A stretch of DNA of 64,000 nucleotides, taken from the IMG/VR virus record IMGVR_UViG_3300046816_000434; one strand, 5' to 3'. Source of the DNA: a virus. Numbering within the stretch: position 1 is the first letter of the stretch; each line of letters begins with the position of its first letter. The notes below the pieces were generated by a model. It was not told where the DNA came from. It saw only the letters and a list, made by a program, of their open reading frames with translations, and searched no databases. The translations under genes and the position numbers were made by a program. This document shows, piece after piece, positions 25,838 through 35,503 of this stretch.

Positions 25838-25880
25838 TGCGAAAACCGTAACCCTTCTATTCCTTCTCTAAGAGGTTCTT

Positions 25881-27248
25881 ATGCCCGCTCCTAACCCGGC
25901 GATGTCGTCGGATGTATTGCAGTCGCAGATCGAAAAGGTACGCAACAAGCTACAGGTGTACTTTGAGACCAGCGACCAGATCTCGGGCGTCATTGGACGT
26001 GCCGCAGAAGTGGAAACGATTTCCCGAAAGCTGTACCGCATTCCCATCATGTTGTATCGTGGCGGCGCCTACCAGAAGTTCAACGCCGACGCAGGAGACA
26101 TGGGGAGCGGGACCGGCATGAAAATCAACGCGCTTACGGCTGGTTATGTGTACAGCGACTACGTGGTAGAAATCTCGCTGGACGCAATTGAGACCACCAG
26201 TAAGCCTGGACAGGCAGTTGTCAACGTCTTCTCTAAGCAGCTTGCGGAAGCCATGACGGAGATGAAGTGCTATGACGACATCTGCCTGCACGGCGACGGC
26301 ACCGGCAAGTTGACCGGCGCCAGTTCCGCCGTGGGCGCGGGCGGTTGGGCAGGCGGCGACACCATGACTTTTGCGACTGCGGGCGATACCTTGGGAATCG
26401 GCCGCTTGCGTGAAGGTATGGCGGTCAACGTCTGGAACACGGCCGGCACCACCAAGCGGGTCTCTAACCCGACCCCGACGATCATCGATCACATCGATTA
26501 CTCGGGCAAGGTGGTCTACTTACAAGGCACCACCACCGGCCTGATTGCGGGCGACGTATTGGCGGTTGCCAACCTGACCAGCGATACCACGCTGACCAGT
26601 TTCAGCTCCGCTTGGCCCGGCACTCCCGGCACGCCTGGTCCGCTATCCGGCGACACCTGGCGGCACGGCATGTTCTACGCCAACGACGCGACCCCGACCA
26701 ATTACTACCTGGGGCAGCTCAAGAGCAACATCACCCAGCTTCTGCCCTCGCGCGTCAACGCTTCCGCCTCCGCTCTCACCTTCGCCATGGGCCTCCAGAT
26801 GCTCGATCAGATCGTGCAGCGCCGCGACGCGGACGTGACCAAAGGCATGATGGGGATTGCGCACATGTCTCAGCGCGCCGCCGTCCATGCGCTGGGTATC
26901 GCCATCAGCGAATGGCATCGTGGACCGCGTGACGCCATGATCGACATCATGCCCAGCAACATTGGGTATGACCAGACCTTCATCTTCTGTGGCGTCAAAT
27001 GCTACCTGTCCAAACGTGAGGACCGGGCGCGTTTCGACTTCATCGTTCCCAAGGTCTGGGGCAGAGCCCAGTTGCACGACACCAAGTTCCACGAGGTGGG
27101 GGGCAAGACCGTCTTTGAGAGCCGCACCGCAAGCGGCACACTCAAGGCGGCGCAGCACTTCATCATTACGCAGGCGTATGACTTCGTCTGCTACGACCCC
27201 GGCTGTCAGGGCTACATCGACGGCCTACTTTTGCCTGCGGGCTATTGA
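25881..27248 (+). CDS. Major capsid protein
   Basis: 455 aa, position after scaffold, GAGG SD, HK97-fold-like composition, followed by a terminator. Confidence 0.85.
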   Translation: MPAPNPAMSSDVLQSQIEKVRNKLQVYFETSDQISGVIGRAAEVETISRKLYRIPIMLYRGGAYQKFNADAGDMGSGTGMKINALTAGYVYSDYVVEISLDAIETTSKPGQAVVNVFSKQLAEAMTEMKCYDDICLHGDGTGKLTGASSAVGAGGWAGGDTMTFATAGDTLGIGRLREGMAVNVWNTAGTTKRVSNPTPTIIDHIDYSGKVVYLQGTTTGLIAGDVLAVANLTSDTTLTSFSSAWPGTPGTPGPLSGDTWRHGMFYANDATPTNYYLGQLKSNITQLLPSRVNASASALTFAMGLQMLDQIVQRRDADVTKGMMGIAHMSQRAAVHALGIAISEWHRGPRDAMIDIMPSNIGYDQTFIFCGVKCYLSKREDRARFDFIVPKVWGRAQLHDTKFHEVGGKTVFESRTASGTLKAAQHFIITQAYDFVCYDPGCQGYIDGLLLPAGY

Positions 27249-27270
27249 CGCAGTTCCTAACGGCCGGAAC

Positions 27271-27321
27271 GCAGGCACCGGGTTTTCTGCTTAACCGGGT
27301 GCCTGCTTCTTCCCTCTTTTC
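27271..27321 (+). terminator. Intrinsic terminator after the capsid gene
   Basis: GCAGGCACC..GG / CC..GGTGCCTGC stem followed by TTCTTCCCTCTTTT. Confidence 0.65.
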
Positions 27322-27322
27322 T

Positions 27323-27658
27323 ATGCCTGTTCAAAAGGGCGACCTCACTATTTATCAGGGCGATGATTATACGGCGCAGGTGTATGTCAGCCAGGAAGGC
27401 ATCCCGCCAGGTTCGGTTCTGACCGGCTACACGGCGAAGGCGCAGATCCGCGATGGCTATGCGGACGACAATCCTGTTGTCGTTGTGGAGATTGCGACCG
27501 CCGTGTTGTCGCCCTACATCAATCTGACCATCCCTAAAACCCTGACCCTGGACCTGGAAGGCGAATACCGCTGGGATTTGCAGGTGACAAGCGCTAGCGG
27601 CGGGGTTACCACCATTCTTTACGGCAGCGCGACCGTGCTCAAGGAGGTAACCCGCTAG
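27323..27658 (+). CDS. Small beta-sandwich virion protein (fibre adaptor-like)
   Basis: DLTIYQGDDY...LTGYTAKAQIR...YRWDLQVT...TILYGSATVLKEVTR pattern common before tail fibres. Confidence 0.7.
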   Translation: MPVQKGDLTIYQGDDYTAQVYVSQEGIPPGSVLTGYTAKAQIRDGYADDNPVVVVEIATAVLSPYINLTIPKTLTLDLEGEYRWDLQVTSASGGVTTILYGSATVLKEVTR

Positions 27659-29776
27659 GTGGCGAACAACCAGAGTTTTATCGTCAAGCTCACAGAGCCT
27701 CGCCTGAACGCGGTGCTCGACACGGTGGTTCCGGTGCTTGGCCCCGCCGGTCCGCCCGGCCCTCCCGGTCCCACCGGCCCGACCGGCCCTGTCGGTCCGC
27801 CTGGCCCCGTCACTCCGTGGACGCAGAACGAAGATGCGGCGGGCTGGAACCTGTCCAATGTCGGCCAGCTTACCGTGCAGGGCAGCGCTACTGCGGGCAA
27901 TATGGTCATCAACCAGCCCGCCGGCACGGGGTCTGTGCTTCATCTGGAGTCAGCGCTCTCCGACCGTTGGACCGTCGCGAAAGACGCCATCGCCGAAACC
28001 GGATCAAACGCGGGGTCTAATTTCTTTATCTCCCGGTACAGCGACAGCGGTGTGCTTCTTGGCACCCCACTGACTATCGCCCGTTCCACCGGGGTGGTGA
28101 ACTTTGCGCAGACACCGACCATCGCTGGTCTGCCGATCATCAGTGTTTCGCAGACGCCGTGGTTGAGCGATATCGACGGGGCTGGCTTTGCGCTTAAGAA
28201 TGCCGGCGCCGTGGCGGTTGGTAACAGCCTGGCTACTCTGCCTTCTCCCGTCGCGTCGGCGGATTATATTGTTGCCGGGGGGGTCGCCACCGGCAGTCAC
28301 ATAGGTATTCTGGCCGCATGTTGCAATGCTTCCACGGTGGGGGGCGGAGGGGTTGGCCTCCTGGCGTTTACCAATTATGCAATTGGTGGTGCGGAGAAGC
28401 GGATTGCACAGATCTATGCGGTCATGAACGGGGCGATCAACTCAGGCGACCTGGGCTTTTATACATCTAATTTGGGTACGTTTACGCAGAAGATGGCTAT
28501 TACCGCCACGGGCCGGGTGGGCATCAATACCGCTGCGCCGGGATACACGCTGGATGTGCAGGGCGGTGACTGTAATATTACTGGCACCTACCGGGTCAAC
28601 GGCGTGCCGATCTCGACGGGTGGCGCAGCGCAGACACCGTGGACGAGCGATATCGACGGCGCGGGGTTCCGGCTGATCAATACGGGCAACGTCGGCATCG
28701 GGACGGCGAGTCCGCAGGCGCTGTTGCATCTTGCTCCTGGAGTTAGCGGCGAAGCTTTACGGTTAGCTTGTACGGCGGGGGGCGTGGGAGACGGACCAGC
28801 TATCGGGTTTTATTTTGCCGCCAATAATTATGCGGCTCGCATCTCATCTTATGGAATTAACGTTAACGCAGGCGATTTGGTGTTCAGTACTGCTAACGGT
28901 AGTGCGCCTGTTGAGCGCATGCGCATTAATTACCTCGGTAACGTCGGCATCGGGACGACGGGTCCGGGTAACGTCCTTACCGTAGCGGGAGCGGCTTCGG
29001 CTACTCCTCAGCTACGGTTGGGCACCACTAGTAGTCCAACATATTATTGGGATATCGGTAGAGAGAACCTGACCACCGGAGATTTTGTCTTTAATAATGC
29101 GAATGGAGGAGGTGCAAGCGAGAGGATGCGGATTAGCGTGGGAGGCAACGTCGGCATCGGAAACTCCTCGCCTGCATACCCGCTTCACGTCCTTAACGCA
29201 ACGGCTTCTATTGGGGCTTCTGCTGGGTCAATAGTGGGACTCGCTCAATTCCAGTTCACTGACCCGAATGCGGACCAACTTAGATTCTATGGAAACCGAA
29301 CACTAGCAAATGGAGACTGGTCTGGATGTCAGTGGGTGATTCAGCGCATCGTAGACAGCACAGCAATGGCGTATATCACCCTTGGAAGCAACGTCGGTAT
29401 TGGCAAATCCTCTGCCGCATATACCCTCGATGTCGGTGGCGACGTGAATTCTTCGACCGTGTATCGGGTGCAGGGTTTGCCGTGCGCTCGTGTGATTGCT
29501 TATCTGGATCAAACTGGCGCTCGTGCTCTGAATACCGTTTACCAGAACACCCAGCTCTCCGCGCTATTCGTAGCAGTGACGTTGACCATCAACGCAGGGC
29601 AATTCGCGCAGTTATTGACCGATCTTGGCAACCCGCCGGTTAATGTGACTTGCGCGCAGACTAACGCAAGCGGGTCCACGGTTAACCAGACTTGCAACGG
29701 ATGGGTCATGCCTAACCAGTATTACAAGATCAATGCGCCAAGCGCGACGTTAATCAAATGGTTTGAATGGCAATAA
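27659..29776 (+). CDS. Tail fibre protein
   Basis: Collagen-like GPxGPx run, three TPWxxD(I/E)DxAGxxLxNxG repeats and several ERMRI..GNVGIG repeats. Confidence 0.85.
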   Translation: MANNQSFIVKLTEPRLNAVLDTVVPVLGPAGPPGPPGPTGPTGPVGPPGPVTPWTQNEDAAGWNLSNVGQLTVQGSATAGNMVINQPAGTGSVLHLESALSDRWTVAKDAIAETGSNAGSNFFISRYSDSGVLLGTPLTIARSTGVVNFAQTPTIAGLPIISVSQTPWLSDIDGAGFALKNAGAVAVGNSLATLPSPVASADYIVAGGVATGSHIGILAACCNASTVGGGGVGLLAFTNYAIGGAEKRIAQIYAVMNGAINSGDLGFYTSNLGTFTQKMAITATGRVGINTAAPGYTLDVQGGDCNITGTYRVNGVPISTGGAAQTPWTSDIDGAGFRLINTGNVGIGTASPQALLHLAPGVSGEALRLACTAGGVGDGPAIGFYFAANNYAARISSYGINVNAGDLVFSTANGSAPVERMRINYLGNVGIGTTGPGNVLTVAGAASATPQLRLGTTSSPTYYWDIGRENLTTGDFVFNNANGGGASERMRISVGGNVGIGNSSPAYPLHVLNATASIGASAGSIVGLAQFQFTDPNADQLRFYGNRTLANGDWSGCQWVIQRIVDSTAMAYITLGSNVGIGKSSAAYTLDVGGDVNSSTVYRVQGLPCARVIAYLDQTGARALNTVYQNTQLSALFVAVTLTINAGQFAQLLTDLGNPPVNVTCAQTNASGSTVNQTCNGWVMPNQYYKINAPSATLIKWFEWQ

Positions 29777-29788
29777 AAGGGAGATGAG

Positions 29789-30076
29789 ATGACATACGAG
29801 GAAACGGCAGTATTGATCAACGATATCGAGCTTCGCGGGCGGATCAAGGTGAGTGCTTTGAAATATGCGGATAGCATCATGATCGAGTCGAATACCGTGA
29901 CGGGACACAACACTCGTGTGCGCTGGGCGCAGAGCACGATGCTTAACCCGGAGCAGACGGCAACGCAGCTCCAGCCACCCGTATGCATGGACAGCGCCGT
30001 GCAGTCGGATGGCAAAGCCATCACCGACTTCGCCCTGCAAGGCGCGGTGGAATCGACTGTCAACAAAATGTTATGA
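29789..30076 (+). CDS. Tail fibre-associated hypothetical protein
   Basis: 95 aa directly after the fibre; AAAAGGGAG SD. Confidence 0.7.
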   Translation: MTYEETAVLINDIELRGRIKVSALKYADSIMIESNTVTGHNTRVRWAQSTMLNPEQTATQLQPPVCMDSAVQSDGKAITDFALQGAVESTVNKML

Positions 30077-30429
30077 CACTATTCTTAGATCACCAACAAC
30101 GGCTGAATCTGATTGTGCTGATGGGAGCACAGAAGGGGAGCCTGGCGGAAATTCGTCAGCTTTGGCGCATGCAGGACCGTCTGGAGCTGAACGACGAAGA
30201 GAGGCGCAGTATCAACCTGCGCTCTGTTTATCAGCCTAACGGCGGGGAGGCTACCGTTTGGGATGTCGATAAGACGCTGGTGCCCACTGGTTTTGACTTC
30301 ACGCAGGTGGAGCTGGACCGATTGCGCAAACTGATCGAGGAGTGGCCGCTCTTTAGCGGCGCGGACCGTATCTGGGTCGAGAGCCTTCTAGAGCAGTTCC
30401 ATTCCTTTTCCGTCATTCCCAGCAGTTAA
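30073..30429 (+). CDS. Hypothetical protein
   Basis: ATG 30073 overlapping the upstream TGA. Confidence 0.65.
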   Translation: MTLFLDHQQRLNLIVLMGAQKGSLAEIRQLWRMQDRLELNDEERRSINLRSVYQPNGGEATVWDVDKTLVPTGFDFTQVELDRLRKLIEEWPLFSGADRIWVESLLEQFHSFSVIPSS

Positions 30430-30456
30430 CCGTTTTCCCCATACAAAACTAAATTT

Positions 30457-31062
30457 ATGGATATACCCGCCTGGCTGCGGCGCGAAGTCGCACGCCTCAA
30501 CGACGAGTTAGGTCGTGTATTAGGGCGCACTGAGGATGGCCATCCGCTTTATGCCTGGATCGACAGCGAGGATACCCGGCTGCTTCACCCGATGTGGACC
30601 GGGCAGTTCGATTACAAGGCAGACCCGCAGTCCGGTATCCTGCGCGCGGAGCCCATTTATACCCTGCGTAAGATGTGCCTGACGGCGGAGAACCAGTGGG
30701 TCCTCTGTCACTACATCGCTTCGCCCTCTGAGGAGGAGTGGCGGGAACAGTTCGGCTGTTCATTAGAGTGGCCGCGCAAAGGGCAGTATTACCCGACCAG
30801 TGTGGCGCTCGATCCGGGCGCCTGGCCGGAAGCGAGCATCAACCAGGCCGCGATAGAGAGCATCAACCAGAACCGCAGCAAGAGCCCGCGCGAGGTCGCG
30901 GACGCAGCCGCCGCCGCCATGGACAAAGGCGAGCGCCAGGAGAAAGAGCGTCTCTACGAGACCATCCGCGAGGCGTGCACGACTTACGACCATGTCCCTG
31001 GAAGCCATGACCAGGTCAGCTATCCCAGCATCAAAAAGGATGAACCATGCCAGCCAGTATGA
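30457..31062 (+). CDS. Hypothetical protein, virion module
   Basis: 201-aa ORF with phage-typical codon usage. Confidence 0.7.
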   Translation: MDIPAWLRREVARLNDELGRVLGRTEDGHPLYAWIDSEDTRLLHPMWTGQFDYKADPQSGILRAEPIYTLRKMCLTAENQWVLCHYIASPSEEEWREQFGCSLEWPRKGQYYPTSVALDPGAWPEASINQAAIESINQNRSKSPREVADAAAAAMDKGERQEKERLYETIREACTTYDHVPGSHDQVSYPSIKKDEPCQPV

Positions 31063-31853
31063 CCGCATCGAGCGCCCTGCTCGTCAGCATCTTTCCGATT
31101 GAAGTGGAGTGTCCGCGCAACCACAACGGGTTTGTCAACTACATGCACCCGGCCGCGCGCAAGGACACCATTATCGAGCGCACCTTCAACACCGACATCC
31201 TGAGCACTATCGGACGTTCGCCGGATAACCCGCCCTTCTGGAAGGACGAGAAGCGCACCGTGGAACTGGGCGCCGGCTACGTGCTGATGCGTGTCTGGGA
31301 TACCTTCATCTGGACGCGCGATTTCACGCAGGAGCAGGAGCGCTACATCCCGCATCCGATAGGCTCGCTGGACGTGGCGAACGACCTGGTGCGCCACTGG
31401 ACGAGCGACGTGATCCGCCCGGCGGCGGCGTTTGGTCCAGGCATGAAAGTGATCAAGACCGAGGCGCCTACGTCCGACGACCTGGCGGAACTGCGTCAGG
31501 TGCAGGAAGGTTACTTCCGTTCGCTGATCACCGACGCCCACAACAAGCACGCACGCGGCGAGATGAAGGACATCAGCGACCTGCACCGCGCTGCCGCCAA
31601 GTGGATGGGGGCGAACAATCTGCCGTGGGTCCCCCGCATCGAGGAGGTGACGATGAAGACCTGCGTCGCCTGCAATAACCAGATCCGTTCGCTCGCCCTG
31701 CGCTGCGAGCATTGCAACGTCGACCTGCCTGACTTCTACCGCAAGTACGGCATCGAGCCCGACCCGCTTAACGACGCGGCCGTGCTCGCCGTGTTCCAGC
31801 GCATGGTAAACAGCAAGCCCGACACGAAGGGCGCGGCGGCAATGAGGCAGTGA
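31047..31853 (+). CDS. Hypothetical protein with C-terminal zinc ribbon
   Basis: CVACNNQ...CEHCN. Confidence 0.75.
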   Translation: MPASMTASSALLVSIFPIEVECPRNHNGFVNYMHPAARKDTIIERTFNTDILSTIGRSPDNPPFWKDEKRTVELGAGYVLMRVWDTFIWTRDFTQEQERYIPHPIGSLDVANDLVRHWTSDVIRPAAAFGPGMKVIKTEAPTSDDLAELRQVQEGYFRSLITDAHNKHARGEMKDISDLHRAAAKWMGANNLPWVPRIEEVTMKTCVACNNQIRSLALRCEHCNVDLPDFYRKYGIEPDPLNDAAVLAVFQRMVNSKPDTKGAAAMRQ

Positions 31854-31854
31854 C

Positions 31855-32784
31855 ATGATCCCCACTAAACTGCAGGTATTCCAGACCGCGCAGTTTCATC
31901 TGGGCGATGAGCAGGGCCAGATCTTCAACTACCAGCTTTTGGAGCAGCCTTTCCAGCTTGCCAACCGGGAGCTGGCGCGGGTGCTGGCGAATCTCGCCAT
32001 CCCGCGCGTGCAGACAGAGCGCTTCTACGACCTGCCGCCCAACACCAGCGTGCTCGACCCGGCGACCGCCGGCATCACCGATTTCAAAGAACCGGAACGC
32101 CTGGAAGAGCGCTCCGTGCAGGCCAGCGTGCCGGTCTCTAACGTGGTCACGGGACCTGGTTACGTCACCGTTACTACTTCCGCGCCGCATCCCTTTCAAA
32201 CCGGCGACCTGGCGGTGCTGTGGGGCATTGCCGGGATGAACGGGATCAACGGCAGCTTCGCGGTCACGGTGGTCGACAACCTCAACTTCAAGGCGAACGG
32301 TGTGACTGCAACCGGCCTCTATACGTCAGGCGGAAACGCGAGCAAGGGCAGCGAAGGCTTCCGGCCCCTGACTTCACGCGACCATATCGAGGATCTCAGC
32401 CTGACCAAGGCGAGCACGCTGGGCGAGTACTGCTGGCGCGAGGGGCGCTTCTGGTTTATTCCCAACGCGGGCGTGCGCGAGCTGCGCATCATGTATATCT
32501 CTAGCGCCGGCATCGTCACTAAGCTCAACGACACCACCGGCTACGATGATTCGCTCGACTACCTGGCGCTGCGCACGGCGGCATATGCGGCCGGTTCGCG
32601 CGGTGCCCCGACGCGCGCCCAGGCGCTCAACCTTTTGGCGCTGGGACCCAACCTGCAGGCGGACGGATCGGGCGGCGTGCTGCATGACCTGGTGGTCGCG
32701 GCCGTGCGCGCTCTGCAGGCGACTCCGACCCGCCGGCCTCCCTTCCGGCAGCGCATCAATAGCGACGTTACTTACTACAGCTAA
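31855..32784 (+). CDS. Head-tail adaptor-like protein with inserted FCCH-like beta domain
   Basis: VTVTTSAPHPFQTGDLAVLWGIAGMNGING.F.VTVVD...YTSGG insertion within a helical adaptor-like frame. Confidence 0.6.
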   Translation: MIPTKLQVFQTAQFHLGDEQGQIFNYQLLEQPFQLANRELARVLANLAIPRVQTERFYDLPPNTSVLDPATAGITDFKEPERLEERSVQASVPVSNVVTGPGYVTVTTSAPHPFQTGDLAVLWGIAGMNGINGSFAVTVVDNLNFKANGVTATGLYTSGGNASKGSEGFRPLTSRDHIEDLSLTKASTLGEYCWREGRFWFIPNAGVRELRIMYISSAGIVTKLNDTTGYDDSLDYLALRTAAYAAGSRGAPTRAQALNLLALGPNLQADGSGGVLHDLVVAAVRALQATPTRRPPFRQRINSDVTYYS

Positions 32785-34952
32785 TGTCTCTTCTGACCGA
32801 TTGGAAAAACCGGGAGCTGGGCAGCTTTGGCGGCGCCTGGCTGAACCGCGACCGCAGCATGATCACTCCGCAGGGGGCGATCCTGTCGCAGAACGTGGAG
32901 TACCAGACGGGCAGCGTGGGCACGCGCCACGGCTTCCAGGAGATCACCGACTTCACGACCAACTTCTTTCAGACGCTGGAGATGTATAGCTGGCTGGCCC
33001 CTTTCAGCGCGATCAATGCGGCTTATAGCGACAACGCGCTGGTGGTGATTTATGTGAATGGGGACACCATCCCGCATGTGACGGTGCAAAACCTCCACGT
33101 CACGCTCGCGAACGGCGTCATGGGCAGCTTTACCCTGGCGCGGCCAACGGGCTTCACCTTTCCTGTGCCGTGGGTGGGCGGCGGCTCTACCGCGCTCTCC
33201 GTGGGCATGAACCTGTTTATCACGGTCTTCGATCAGAATCAGGGCGGTGTCTGCCCTGCGACCGTAGTGCGTATGTTTGAGGACCCGGCGAATCCCGGCT
33301 CTCCCCTGATTGCCGGCGTAGGCGGCAGCAGCGCTCCTGGCGGCGATCCGGACCAGAATGCGGCTTTTCCCGGACCCAGCACTTATGCCCCGCCGGTCAG
33401 CCTGGTTGCGGGCAGTTTCACCACGCCCGGCGTGCACCGTTTCGGTTATCTGATCGAATATCAGACCGGCTTCACCACCCGCGTCTCTCCCGACTCCAAT
33501 ACGACCATCATCCCCACGGTGACGACCTTTGCGCCGATGGTAGCCACGGTTACAGCCGGCAACAAGGTTCGGTTTGCGTTCGCGGCGAACTGGGCGAGCC
33601 TGGAGCTGGGCGGCATCACCGCCATCTCCATGGTGGCGACGACGACCACCAACCTGAACCAGTATTACGTGGTTCCCGGCTCGCGCACGCTGAACGACGG
33701 CAAGCTGGCGGTGACTATCGATGTCGATATCTCGGACGGCGACCTGAGCAGCCGGGGCACGGATGCGTCCCCTTATCTGTATTGGCTGACGATGACGGCG
33801 GATAATGCCTCTTCCGCGACCTCTCAGCCTTTTGCGGTCCGTCATCTGGCGTTGTGGGCGGACCGCATGACTTACCTGGCGACCGTGCCTGACAACCGGG
33901 GCAACCTGATCGACGCGCTCTATGTCAGCGAGCGCAACAACTATCAGGCGATCACGGCGGACCAGCATGTGCTGCAGCTTCCCGGCCAGAAGATGATGGT
34001 CACCATGTTCCGCATGGGCAGCGTGAACTACATCGTGGGGCCGCATGAAATCTGGGGCATGAGCGACAACGGCGACGTCCCGGTGACCTGGGCGGCACCC
34101 GGCCTGGTGGACGGCCGGCACGGCACGCTGGCGATTCACGGCGCGGAGGTGGCGCCCAGTGGCGACCGCACCTGGATTGCGGATCAGGCGGGGCTCTTCC
34201 TGTTTACCGGCGGACCCATGCTGGATTTGCCTCTCAGCTACTACCAGACCCCCGACTGGGGCCGGATCAACTGGCGGGCGGGATATGCGGTGCGCATCAA
34301 GGACGATTCGGCCAGCCGGCGGGTCTGTATTACCGTCCCCCTGGACGGCGCGCTGCAGGCGACCCATGTCATGACCTGGGACTACACCGATGGCCTGACT
34401 CCCGATACGGTGCGCTACTCGCTCAATTTCATCGCTGTATCCGGCGGCACGTTGCCGCAGCAGCCGATTGGTGCCATCGAGCTGGTCCCTAACGATCTGG
34501 CGAATCAGGGCGGCAACACCGGGCGGGTGGAGTTGTGGCTGGGTCTATGGTTTGCGAACGCCGACCTGGGCACCGCGCACGTTCTGCGTCATATGTCGGA
34601 GCTGGACGCCACTCCTTTCCGCGACCTGAATTACGGCATCGACAGCAAGTGGAGCGGGCCTCCCCTTCCCGGCCGCGATATGGGGCAGAGCATCATTCAG
34701 CACCACCATGGTTTCCATGCGCGGCTGCGCGGGATCGGCACGGTGAATCCGGTCATCTGGGACATCGACCAGAAGAACAGTTTTCCCTGCCGCTCCGTCA
34801 CCCTGAACGAGGGTCCCGACCAGGATGAGCTGGTGCTGGCGGACCTGATCAACGAGCTGGCGTACGTCACGCTGGAAACCAAGCTGGTCGACAGCTACTT
34901 CCGGCTCGCCTTTTTGCGTTGGTATTACACTCCCTACATCATGCAGCGCTAG
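32784..34952 (+). CDS. Tail nozzle/stabilisation protein (T7 gp12/P22 gp10-like)
   Basis: 722 aa, beta-rich, N-terminal FGGAWLN...SQNVEYQTGSVGTRHG pattern, position after the adaptor. Confidence 0.65.
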   Translation: MSLLTDWKNRELGSFGGAWLNRDRSMITPQGAILSQNVEYQTGSVGTRHGFQEITDFTTNFFQTLEMYSWLAPFSAINAAYSDNALVVIYVNGDTIPHVTVQNLHVTLANGVMGSFTLARPTGFTFPVPWVGGGSTALSVGMNLFITVFDQNQGGVCPATVVRMFEDPANPGSPLIAGVGGSSAPGGDPDQNAAFPGPSTYAPPVSLVAGSFTTPGVHRFGYLIEYQTGFTTRVSPDSNTTIIPTVTTFAPMVATVTAGNKVRFAFAANWASLELGGITAISMVATTTTNLNQYYVVPGSRTLNDGKLAVTIDVDISDGDLSSRGTDASPYLYWLTMTADNASSATSQPFAVRHLALWADRMTYLATVPDNRGNLIDALYVSERNNYQAITADQHVLQLPGQKMMVTMFRMGSVNYIVGPHEIWGMSDNGDVPVTWAAPGLVDGRHGTLAIHGAEVAPSGDRTWIADQAGLFLFTGGPMLDLPLSYYQTPDWGRINWRAGYAVRIKDDSASRRVCITVPLDGALQATHVMTWDYTDGLTPDTVRYSLNFIAVSGGTLPQQPIGAIELVPNDLANQGGNTGRVELWLGLWFANADLGTAHVLRHMSELDATPFRDLNYGIDSKWSGPPLPGRDMGQSIIQHHHGFHARLRGIGTVNPVIWDIDQKNSFPCRSVTLNEGPDQDELVLADLINELAYVTLETKLVDSYFRLAFLRWYYTPYIMQR

Positions 34953-34959
34953 CGTCTTT

Positions 34960-35490
34960 ATGCCCCGGCAACAATCGGAGGTTCTCGGTTCGGTAGCCAG
35001 CCTGCGCGGCGCGGCGAGCATTCTGCGCTCCGCGATCAAGGAGAGGCAACCCGACGCGCTGGACAAGATTGCGAATGCGGCGGCGACCGCCTTTGAAGGC
35101 ACGCAGACCGCAATTGAGAATTTGGAGGCGCGTCTCAGGCGGCTGGGCGAGCCTAACGTGTTCGACCCGGTCCACCGCTCTCCGCTATTGGTTTCGGGCG
35201 ACCGGATTCGCGACGGCGTCAACATCCAGGGACCGTTGGGCACGGTGCGCGGGCAGAGCCTGGACCTGACCTTTCAGAACCAGATTGGCACGGTGGCGAG
35301 CTACGACCATGTGGCGGGCAAATACCTGCAGCTCATGTTGAGCGGTGCTGGCGTGGTCTTCGACACGCACACCACCGCGCCCGCAAACAGCGCCGCTCCG
35401 GGCATTGACGGCGAGATTCGCATGGACAGCGGCTACATCTACATACATTCCGGCGGTTCCTGGCGCAGGGCCGCGCTGACCACCTTCTGA
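34960..35490 (+). CDS. Tail-associated protein
   Basis: C-terminal TAPANSAAPGIDGEIRMDSGYIYI...WRRAALTTF motif seen in phage fibre proteins. Confidence 0.65.
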   Translation: MPRQQSEVLGSVASLRGAASILRSAIKERQPDALDKIANAAATAFEGTQTAIENLEARLRRLGEPNVFDPVHRSPLLVSGDRIRDGVNIQGPLGTVRGQSLDLTFQNQIGTVASYDHVAGKYLQLMLSGAGVVFDTHTTAPANSAAPGIDGEIRMDSGYIYIHSGGSWRRAALTTF

Positions 35491-35503
35491 CGGAGCGTGA
35501 ATC

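Noticed and set aside
16332-29776. Diversity-generating retroelement acting on fibre genes
   Set aside because: No reverse transcriptase and no TR/VR pair differing only at adenines; repeat differences are general divergence.
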